Virus record (IMG/VR): IMGVR_UViG_3300020477_000037
Span: 1-52,535 of that record
Direction: 5' to 3' (one strand)
Source of the DNA: a virus
Lineage: Duplodnaviria; Caudoviricetes
DNA length: 52,535 nucleotides
The position numbers and the translations under genes were made by a program. The notes below the pieces were generated by a model. The model made no database searches. It was not told where the DNA came from and saw only the letters and a program-made list of their open reading frames with translations. This document shows positions 36,109 to 43,906 of this stretch, one piece after another (position 1 is the stretch's first letter; every line of letters starts with the position of its first letter).

Positions 36109-36166
36109 TTATTCATATCAAGGGGAATTAAGATGGCTGGTAATTATTCATATCAAGGAGAATTAG
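36097..36166 (+). repeat. 35-bp tandem duplication spanning a gene junction
   Basis: GATGGCTGGTAATTATTCATATCAAGGGGAATTAA then GATGGCTGGTAATTATTCATATCAAGGAGAATTAG (2 mismatches). Confidence 0.9.
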
Positions 36167-36663
36167 ATCGTCATTATCGTGATATACGAAGAGAATACCC
36201 TAAAATCCCTGAGATGGAGGTAGTTCCTGATTATGGGAAAAGTTGGGGTCATTTAGAATTTTATCCAGCCGGTGAACATAATAGGGCTGGTAAGCTTGTC
36301 AATCCTTTAGATAAGCCTAGTATTAGGGTTTCTGATAAGACTCTTGTTGGGCCGAAGTTGAAATCAGCTATATTCGGTGATATGCTACATGATCGTAATA
36401 TACCGGGATTGAATAAGTTAAGAGGTGATATTAAAAAATCATTAACAAAAGAACAACGTCAAAGATCAAAATCTAGATATAACAGGGGTAAGCGTTTATG
36501 GAATGAAAAAAGAACATATGATAAATTCTTTGAGTATAGTGATTTAGATGCTTTTATTCGTGGCTATCTTTCTCCTGATTGGAGAAATGAATGGAGTAAT
36601 GCTTATACGGATGAACAAAAATCTATCATGGATCAGTTTATACAGTCATTAAGGGGAAATTAA
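36133..36663 (+). CDS. Hypothetical protein directly upstream of the portal
   Basis: 176-aa ORF; GHLEFYP, AIFGDMLH and LDAFIRGYL motifs (possible degenerate zincin-like fold). Confidence 0.55.
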   Translation: MAGNYSYQGELDRHYRDIRREYPKIPEMEVVPDYGKSWGHLEFYPAGEHNRAGKLVNPLDKPSIRVSDKTLVGPKLKSAIFGDMLHDRNIPGLNKLRGDIKKSLTKEQRQRSKSRYNRGKRLWNEKRTYDKFFEYSDLDAFIRGYLSPDWRNEWSNAYTDEQKSIMDQFIQSLRGN

Positions 36664-38757
36664 ATGAGTGAAGAATATAGTCGGAATCAGAGATCAGCGG
36701 GAATTCCAAAAGATAAGGACGTAAAAGATCCTGATTTAAAACCTGACGTTCCTCACGTTCCGCCTATTGGGAAGAAGATTAATCAGGATGAGGTAGCTGA
36801 ATATATCCATAGGGAAGTGGATGATGCTTTATCTTTGAGGACAACTTGGCAAGCTGATCTGGAGAAATGGTATAAATCCTACCGTGGGATCGTGGATACG
36901 AAAGATTTCCCGTGGGAAGGTTGTTCTAATCTGTGGGTTCCGATTACAGCAACAATCATAGATACAATGCTTGCTCGATTAACCAATCCTATTTTTTCTG
37001 TCAAACCATTTGTGACTGTGAAGGGGGCATCCGCACCGAAGCGTAAAGCTGGAGATGATTTGGATGCCGGTAACCCCGCAGGGGCAAAGCAAGAGGGATT
37101 GTCCGATTACGAAAAAGCTCGTGATATAGAGCATATGCTCCACTTTGTTTTGAACAAACGGATTGATATTTATCCAATTGTTCTTGATTGGCTGAAAGAT
37201 GCTCTGATCTATGGGCGTGGAACAATAAAGATTGTTTGGAAAGAGAAGAAGCAGGTATTTAATCGAAGACTGACCTTTGAAGACTTAACGGAAAATATTG
37301 AAACTATCAGGGAGAAGATGGAGAAAGGTACAGCGGTTGATAGCCAGTTAACGCTATTACAGCAGATGGTTGGGTTACAGGAATCGACAGACTGGGTAGA
37401 TAATGATTTTGTAGAAGTGAAGACAGAAGAGATTGTGTATGACAACCCTGAATGGTTTTTCGTACCAGTAGAAGATTTTATTGTAGCACCTAGGGCTAAA
37501 GATATTCAGTCTGCAAGATTTGTTGCACACCGCTTTAGGTTAACTCTTGATGAACTCAGGAAACGAGCTAAAGCCGGGATATACCAGAACGTAGACCTTA
37601 TTGAGGCTGGGTACACACCTGATGACTATCGGTCTGATCCTTCTGGTACTAGGATGGAATATATACAGGAATTTCATGAAGGGCATCAAGGTGAAACTTA
37701 CGGCACTTACGATAAACTTGGATCAGAAGTTGAACTGATTGAGTGGCACGGTAAGTATGACATCGACAACGATGGATTCATGGAAGACATTATTGCAACC
37801 TATGCTGTGGATCAGAAGATCTTGCTATCAGTCATGGAGAATCCCTATCTTCATGGACAGCGTCCATTTGCTGAAATAAAACCATTTCCAATGGAAGGCA
37901 GGTTTGAAGCTCAAGGTGTGCCTGAATTGATCTATGATCTTCAGCTTGAGTTGAATGACTTGCACAACCAGCGAATAGACAATGGCACGATCACTAATGC
38001 TGTTATGCTTTGGGTTGACCCAGCCTCAGACGTAGACCCAGATATACATAAGGTATTCCCCGGTGCCATGTTCCCTGCTAGGAATAATGAAATCGGTGTA
38101 CTCAGAACTCCAGATGTCAAGTTTAGTGCTTTCAGGGAAGAAGAACTAATCAGGCGTATGATACAAGATAGGCTTGGTATTACGGATATACAGATAGGTT
38201 CAGCTAATCCACAGTTAGCAAACAGGACTGCTACCGGCATTATGACAGTTGCACAGGAAGAAGCTCAACGATTAGAGCATATCTTTCGTAACGTACAAAG
38301 TGGTGTTAACAATGCAGTACACCAGACCTTCGGATTGATGCAACAATTTGGTAGTGATGAAATATTTTACCGGGTGGTAGAGAATGCAACTGAAACATTC
38401 AAGACTTTAGATGCTAGGGAAATACAGGGAAGATATGATTTAGAGATATCTGCAAATAGTATTAATGCAAATCGTTTGATTGAGCTACAGGAAATGAGGG
38501 AGAAGCTCCAGTTGGCTGGTCAGTTTGGTGTAAACTTCTTGAATCCGATTCCATTGCTTCGTGAGTTCCTAGAGAAGATGGGAACGAAGAATGTTGACGA
38601 TATAGTTAAATCAGTACCAGAGGCATTTATGGCTATGCTACAGGAAAATCCTGAAATGGCACAGGCATTAATGCAGCAACTACAGGGTATGGCTGGGCAA
38701 CAACCCCCTCAACAACAAGGCAATGTAGCACCTATGCCACAAAGAGGAGTAGCTTAA
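36664..38757 (+). CDS. Portal protein (P22/SU10-like)
   Basis: 697 aa; FPWEGCSNLWVP, ALIYGRG, YDIDNDGFMED, RTATG; Q-rich C-terminus; precedes scaffold and capsid. Confidence 0.9.
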   Translation: MSEEYSRNQRSAGIPKDKDVKDPDLKPDVPHVPPIGKKINQDEVAEYIHREVDDALSLRTTWQADLEKWYKSYRGIVDTKDFPWEGCSNLWVPITATIIDTMLARLTNPIFSVKPFVTVKGASAPKRKAGDDLDAGNPAGAKQEGLSDYEKARDIEHMLHFVLNKRIDIYPIVLDWLKDALIYGRGTIKIVWKEKKQVFNRRLTFEDLTENIETIREKMEKGTAVDSQLTLLQQMVGLQESTDWVDNDFVEVKTEEIVYDNPEWFFVPVEDFIVAPRAKDIQSARFVAHRFRLTLDELRKRAKAGIYQNVDLIEAGYTPDDYRSDPSGTRMEYIQEFHEGHQGETYGTYDKLGSEVELIEWHGKYDIDNDGFMEDIIATYAVDQKILLSVMENPYLHGQRPFAEIKPFPMEGRFEAQGVPELIYDLQLELNDLHNQRIDNGTITNAVMLWVDPASDVDPDIHKVFPGAMFPARNNEIGVLRTPDVKFSAFREEELIRRMIQDRLGITDIQIGSANPQLANRTATGIMTVAQEEAQRLEHIFRNVQSGVNNAVHQTFGLMQQFGSDEIFYRVVENATETFKTLDAREIQGRYDLEISANSINANRLIELQEMREKLQLAGQFGVNFLNPIPLLREFLEKMGTKNVDDIVKSVPEAFMAMLQENPEMAQALMQQLQGMAGQQPPQQQGNVAPMPQRGVA

Positions 38758-38760
38758 TTC

Positions 38761-39072
38761 GTGAAGCACCCATTAAATATTTTATTTAAAGAATTTGAAA
38801 CAAATGAAGATAAATCAAATCATGATAAGAAATTATCTGTTATAATAGGATCAGATGATTGGAAGGTTATAACAAAAGAATTAAACGAATTGATTGGAAA
38901 AGCGTATATGCGTTATGATTCAGCGAGTAGTGCTGAAGAGTTTTATACGATTAAAGGATATGTCGATGGGTTGAAGACATTAACAGGCATGGATAAGATT
39001 CATTCCATGCGAAGAGTATTAGGAGCTAAAGTCTATAAGGCTCCTAGTAAAACACAACGGTTCGCTACCTAA
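38761..39072 (+). CDS. Small head-associated protein between portal and scaffold
   Basis: Typical position; SDDWK...KGYVDGL pattern. Confidence 0.55.
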   Translation: MKHPLNILFKEFETNEDKSNHDKKLSVIIGSDDWKVITKELNELIGKAYMRYDSASSAEEFYTIKGYVDGLKTLTGMDKIHSMRRVLGAKVYKAPSKTQRFAT

Positions 39073-39087
39073 AGCAGAGAGGTTATT

Positions 39088-40110
39088 ATGCCAGAACAAC
39101 AAGTAATACCAACACCGGCTCCACAGGAACAGCCGACTAAGACAGTAGAAAATACAGGTACTATCGTAGAGTCGTCACCTACACAAGCTCCTGACCCGCT
39201 AGATCAGGCAGTTGATCATATGATTAACAATGCATCTGAGTCTCCCACAGTGACTCCATATGGAGATGAGATAGTCAACTCGGAGTTGGATTGGACTCAG
39301 GAAACCGCACCAAAGCCTAACGTCACCTCAGAAGGGGTTCTGGGTGAAGTACCAGTTGAAGGTGAGGGGAATCAGCAAGACCTCACCGATTCCATGTCTA
39401 AACGGATTACTGGGATAAAGCAAAAACACGCTGAAGAGATAGGGCATAAAGAAGCTGAAATCTCTAGACTACAGGATTTAGTAACACGCTTTGAGGCAGA
39501 GGCTCCCCAGCCTTTACCACAGGGACTTCGTGATGAATCATCTATTGCGAGTGAGATGCAACAAATACAGCATCAGTTAGCAGGGGAACAGGAGACTATG
39601 ACCCCGGCAAAGGCAACACTTGCATTGATGAGGGTTAACGAATTAAACCGTGAACTGGATTATGTAAGACAGACGAAGTATGGTCATGAACAAGCCAAGA
39701 ATACTATTGAGAACCAACGTAAACAAAATGATGTGAATGTGGTGTCTCAGTATCAATTCTTAGCAGACCCTAATTCAGTAGGTAGTAAGTTATTTCATGA
39801 TGAGGTGTATCCGATGCTTGAAAAGGTTGTCCCTAATTTTAAGGATAATCCTAACGACATAGCTGTCGCAGCACATATCACTGAAGGTGAATTAGCTAAA
39901 CGTGAATTAGCTTCCATGAGACAACAGTTTGCCCAAGGTAATACACAAACAGTTCCACGCAACATACCACCTATTGCTACAGACAATGCTCCACAAACTG
40001 CCCCACCCCAAAATGATACGAGGGAAAGGATACTTCAGGGTGTCCGTAGTGGCAACATTGGCGGAGGAGAAGCTGCTTTGGCATTAGGTCTTGTTGATGG
40101 ATACAGTTAA
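39088..40110 (+). CDS. Putative capsid scaffolding protein
   Basis: Acidic/Pro-rich N-terminus, KRI coiled coil; immediately precedes the capsid gene. Confidence 0.7.
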   Translation: MPEQQVIPTPAPQEQPTKTVENTGTIVESSPTQAPDPLDQAVDHMINNASESPTVTPYGDEIVNSELDWTQETAPKPNVTSEGVLGEVPVEGEGNQQDLTDSMSKRITGIKQKHAEEIGHKEAEISRLQDLVTRFEAEAPQPLPQGLRDESSIASEMQQIQHQLAGEQETMTPAKATLALMRVNELNRELDYVRQTKYGHEQAKNTIENQRKQNDVNVVSQYQFLADPNSVGSKLFHDEVYPMLEKVVPNFKDNPNDIAVAAHITEGELAKRELASMRQQFAQGNTQTVPRNIPPIATDNAPQTAPPQNDTRERILQGVRSGNIGGGEAALALGLVDGYS

Positions 40111-40132
40111 TATCTAATCAAGGAGATGTCCA

Positions 40133-41017
40133 ATGGCTACCTTTGTTTCTTACAATAATGCAAACGGCAATCGTGAAGATTTGCTTAATATTATTGTAAA
40201 CATCGCACCAACGGAAACTCCCATGCTGAGTGGTTTTGCTAAAGGTAAAGCTACCGCTACGACCCATGAGTGGTTACAAGATTCTCTTGCTGCTGCTGAT
40301 ACGGGTAATGTAGTTGAGGGTAGTGATGCCTCGGCTGGTACGATGCAAGCTCGTACCCGTGTGTCTAATCACACACAAATTAATCGTAAGGTGTGGTTGA
40401 TTTCTGATACTATGGAAGTTGTAGATAAAGCTGGAGTATCCGGCTCTGAGTATTCATACCAACTGGGCAAGGCTTTAAAAGAAATTGCCCGTGATATGGA
40501 ATATTCTATTGTTAATGGTACAGGTAATGCTGGCAATGCAAGCACCGCTCGTGAGGTGAAAGGCGTTAATGCTTTTATCACTAGTAATACGAGTACTGCT
40601 GGCTCGGCTCGTGCATTGACTGAAACGATCTATAATGATCTTCTTCAGGATGTATTTGATGCTGGCGGTAACCCTGATGTTACTTATTGTAATGGTTTCC
40701 AGAAACGTAAGATTAGCGGTTTTACTGCAAGCCAAACTCGTAATATCGAAGCAAGCAATAAACGCTTGATTGCGTCTATTGATGTTTACGAATCAGACTT
40801 TGGTATGCAAAAAGTTGTATTAGACCGCTATCATTCTACGGCTAGAGTAACTTGCCTAGAGAAATCTAAGTGGAAGATTGCTATGCTACGTCCCGTTAAA
40901 GCGACCGAACTTGCCAAAACTGGTAGTTCTCGTAAGGGAATGTGTGAAGCTGAATGGACTCTTGAAGCCCTCCATGAGGGATCAAGCGGACAGATCAGGA
41001 ATCTCACAGAATCGTAA
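40133..41017 (+). CDS. Major capsid protein (SU10 / DUF5309-like)
   Basis: NREDL...ETP...HEWLQDSL...EG...NHTQI...RDMEY...YESDFG. Confidence 0.9.
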   Translation: MATFVSYNNANGNREDLLNIIVNIAPTETPMLSGFAKGKATATTHEWLQDSLAAADTGNVVEGSDASAGTMQARTRVSNHTQINRKVWLISDTMEVVDKAGVSGSEYSYQLGKALKEIARDMEYSIVNGTGNAGNASTAREVKGVNAFITSNTSTAGSARALTETIYNDLLQDVFDAGGNPDVTYCNGFQKRKISGFTASQTRNIEASNKRLIASIDVYESDFGMQKVVLDRYHSTARVTCLEKSKWKIAMLRPVKATELAKTGSSRKGMCEAEWTLEALHEGSSGQIRNLTES

Positions 41018-41037
41018 TTCCTAATCTTAATGGTGAT

Positions 41038-41054
41038 GGGGGCTTATAGCCCCC
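41038..41054 (+). terminator. GC hairpin after the capsid gene
   Basis: GGGGGCT-TAT-AGCCCCC; no U-tract. Confidence 0.5.
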
Positions 41055-41159
41055 TGATCCTGTACAGAGGACGTAATGCGTATTCATTGGTTTTATATAT
41101 TAATGATTCATTTAATTGGCTGGGTTGGCGGAGCCATATTCTGTAGCTAGGAGATTACA

Positions 41160-41339
41160 ATGCCTAAAGTTGGTGGGGTAAGCTACCCTTACACTAAAAA
41201 AGGGAAAGAGGATGCTAAGAAAGCCAAGGCTAAAGTTAAATCTAAGAAGCCTTCTAAAAAGGTAAAACCTAAACATAAAGGTATTGCTATTGTTATCAGC
41301 ATGGGGAAAAAGAAACGTGGTAGTAAATGCCCTGCTTAG
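41160..41339 (+). CDS. Lys-rich 59-aa protein (not in ORF track)
   Basis: MPKVGGVSYPYTKKGKEDAKKAKAKVKSKKPSKKVKPKHK...; AGGAG SD. Confidence 0.65.
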   Translation: MPKVGGVSYPYTKKGKEDAKKAKAKVKSKKPSKKVKPKHKGIAIVISMGKKKRGSKCPA

Positions 41340-41368
41340 AGAAAAATATATAACTGGAACCTTCACAT

Positions 41369-41674
41369 ATGAATATAGATAATAAAATTAATCAGGTCTT
41401 AACAAAGATTGAGTTTGATAAAAAGAGATTTAGAGTGCAACAAACTCAGGATATTGAACCTGTCAGGAAAGCTTCTCGTGATGATCGTGCTGATAACTGG
41501 AATGGGTTTAGCCATGATAGGCTTATGCGTAAGTTAGGTAGAATTCCCTCTGTATTTCTATATGATCCTAAGTGGCAGGATTTAAACTCCAATGACAGGA
41601 AGACTTTTGAGAAAGCAGCTAGGAGGTTCTTTGCCGAACATCCAGAATTTAGAACGTGTAACAATAACTTTTAA
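41369..41674 (+). CDS. Conserved head-region hypothetical protein
   Basis: QDIEP...MRKLGRIP...FRT pattern, which I recall following SU10-like capsids. Confidence 0.6.
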   Translation: MNIDNKINQVLTKIEFDKKRFRVQQTQDIEPVRKASRDDRADNWNGFSHDRLMRKLGRIPSVFLYDPKWQDLNSNDRKTFEKAARRFFAEHPEFRTCNNNF

Positions 41675-41685
41675 GGAGATTTTAA

Positions 41686-42120
41686 ATGGCTATGCCTAAT
41701 ACAATGCCAGAGCAACCACAGCCTCCTATGCCTCCAATGGGTGGATCACCAGCACCTATGCCTAGTGGCCCTCCTATGGGTGGCCCGTCTGAAGCTGGCC
41801 CACCTATGCCTGAAGCTAGTGGCCCCGGCGGTCAACCAGAAATGGAAGCTAAGATCCGTCAGTCACTACAGGGTAAAGTTCCACCAGAGCAAATGGAAGA
41901 GGCGGTTACTCTATTAAAAGATGAAACAGTTTTTAACTGGTTGGTAGTAATGTCTACTAATCCAAAGGTTCAGCGATTGATTGGTATGCTTGAAGGTGGT
42001 GGAATGGGAGGCCGTCCTCCAATGGAAGCACCTCCAGAAGCTCCGCCTGAAAGACCTAATGTTCGTGATCGTATTCAGGGTGCTGGTGGCGGAAGACCGC
42101 CTATGCCTCAAGGAATGTAA
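41686..42120 (+). CDS. Pro/Met/Gly-rich low-complexity protein
   Basis: AAGGAG SD; PPMPPMGG repeats flank a short helical core. Confidence 0.6.
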   Translation: MAMPNTMPEQPQPPMPPMGGSPAPMPSGPPMGGPSEAGPPMPEASGPGGQPEMEAKIRQSLQGKVPPEQMEEAVTLLKDETVFNWLVVMSTNPKVQRLIGMLEGGGMGGRPPMEAPPEAPPERPNVRDRIQGAGGGRPPMPQGM

Positions 42121-42121
42121 T

Positions 42122-43252
42122 ATGATTAGAGTTTTAGGCTTAATGCGTGATGAAGGTGCTTGTATGTTGTATCGGGTCAAGCAACCATTATCACTTATTA
42201 AAAAAGCTGGATTGGCTGATGTTTCTTTATGTGGTGTAGGAGCAGATAAAAACATATCGTTTGAATCTGCAATGCTTGAATCAGATGTGATTCATGTACC
42301 AAGAGTTTCATGCGACACCATGCACCGCTTAATGGAAACACTACAGCCTTTAGGGAAGAAGATTATTATTGATCATGATGATGATATTTTTAATGTCAAT
42401 CCATTTAGTCCTTGGTACAGGGATTTTGGGACTAAAGAAGTCAAGATCAATATAGATGGGAAGGAAGAGGTTCTTTGGAAGAATGGTACTGACGGGGAAC
42501 CTAGAAGTATAGATATAGAAGCCAATATAGAAAAGATGCAAGTAGCTAGGGAATGTTTACGGATGGCAGATGCGGTTACAGTAACCACGAAAGAACTGGC
42601 TGATGTTTATTCAGAATATAATCATAGGGTATACACATTACCTAATTGTATTGATTTCAACCATTGGTTAATTAACCCAAAGGAGAATGAAAAGGTTAAG
42701 ATAATTTGGCAGGGTGGTGACAGCCATTACCAAGATTTGATTAGTATTAAAAAACCTTTGATTAATGTTTTAAATAAGTATAAGGAGTTTGTTCAATTTA
42801 TTTTATGTGGTGAATACTTTGAGGGATTTGCTAATGACTTGCCATCTGGTATCGTTAGGTATTATCCTTGGATTAGCGTTGACGCTCATTCGTATAGAAT
42901 GTCTGCATTGAATGCTGATATAGGGATTGTGCCAATTATTCATGACAAGTTTAATGCAGGGAAATCTCCTATTAAGTTTCATGAATACTCTGCAATTAAG
43001 ACGGCTACATTAGCAAGCGATTATCCACCCTACTCCAAGGTAATAGAAGATGGCGTGAATGGATATTTATTTAAAACTGAACAAGAGTTTGAAGAAAAGT
43101 TGTTGTTGCTCATCGGGGAAAAACAGCTTCGCAGTAAACTTGCGAATCGTGCTTATCATGATACGCATAAGAATTACAATGCTGAAGATACGGTTAAAGA
43201 ATGGATGGAAGTATATAGTTCAGTTTATGAATCCTCTTTAGCAATTTGCTAG
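42122..43252 (+). CDS. Glycosyltransferase (GT-B / GT4-like)
   Basis: YRVKQP, IIDHDDD, ADAVTVTT, LPNCID, WQGGDSH, DIGIVP...KSPIKFHEY, EDGVNGYL; start set at ATG 42122 after the upstream stop. Confidence 0.85.
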   Translation: MIRVLGLMRDEGACMLYRVKQPLSLIKKAGLADVSLCGVGADKNISFESAMLESDVIHVPRVSCDTMHRLMETLQPLGKKIIIDHDDDIFNVNPFSPWYRDFGTKEVKINIDGKEEVLWKNGTDGEPRSIDIEANIEKMQVARECLRMADAVTVTTKELADVYSEYNHRVYTLPNCIDFNHWLINPKENEKVKIIWQGGDSHYQDLISIKKPLINVLNKYKEFVQFILCGEYFEGFANDLPSGIVRYYPWISVDAHSYRMSALNADIGIVPIIHDKFNAGKSPIKFHEYSAIKTATLASDYPPYSKVIEDGVNGYLFKTEQEFEEKLLLLIGEKQLRSKLANRAYHDTHKNYNAEDTVKEWMEVYSSVYESSLAIC

Positions 43253-43261
43253 GAGAATAGA

Positions 43262-43906
43262 ATGCCTACAGTACAAGAAATAGTAGAACCTGTATTGCGT
43301 GATCTTGGAATGGATTCCAGTTCTTCCTTGATCAATGATGCTAAACAAAGACTAATTGATTATGTAAACGATTCTATCCAAGAGTTTAATATACTTGCAA
43401 ACTGGAATATTCTTAAAACGCAGGGAACCTTAACATTAAATACTGGTGTTGATATATATGCGTTGGCATCTGATGCAGATGTAAATCGTGTATTGAGTGA
43501 AGAGTTTTATATTCCATCTAAGGACAAGACTCTTGAGCGTGAAGATGATGCTTACTTTGGGGAGAAACTAAACATTGGGGATACGGGGCTTCCGCAGGTT
43601 TGGCGTACTTATGGCAGAAATGCGAGCGGTGTTCATCAAGTTCAGTTCTATCCTAAACCGGCAACTGCCGAAAACAATTTATCAGTTACTTATTATTATA
43701 TTAAAAAGGTTACAACTTTAACTTCCTATACGGATGTTACTACCCACCAAGAAGTTTTATTAAGAGATGCAATTAAAGCGAAGTACCTAGAGTATGATGA
43801 TGACTTCTCTAGGGCAGACAGGTATACGCAAAGAACGAATACACTTGCCCGTAAGTTGATTGCAAGAAACCAAGGGGCTAAACAATTTAAACCGAGATTC
43901 TCTTAA
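43262..43906 (+). CDS. Head-tail adaptor protein
   Basis: Position; YVND...W...G.P...FYPKP...YY pattern. Confidence 0.7.
   Translation: MPTVQEIVEPVLRDLGMDSSSSLINDAKQRLIDYVNDSIQEFNILANWNILKTQGTLTLNTGVDIYALASDADVNRVLSEEFYIPSKDKTLEREDDAYFGEKLNIGDTGLPQVWRTYGRNASGVHQVQFYPKPATAENNLSVTYYYIKKVTTLTSYTDVTTHQEVLLRDAIKAKYLEYDDDFSRADRYTQRTNTLARKLIARNQGAKQFKPRFS

Noticed and set aside
41981-42121. N-terminal extension of the glycosyltransferase ORF
   Set aside because: Overlaps the Pro-rich gene; ATG 42122 directly after its stop, with an SD, is more plausible.
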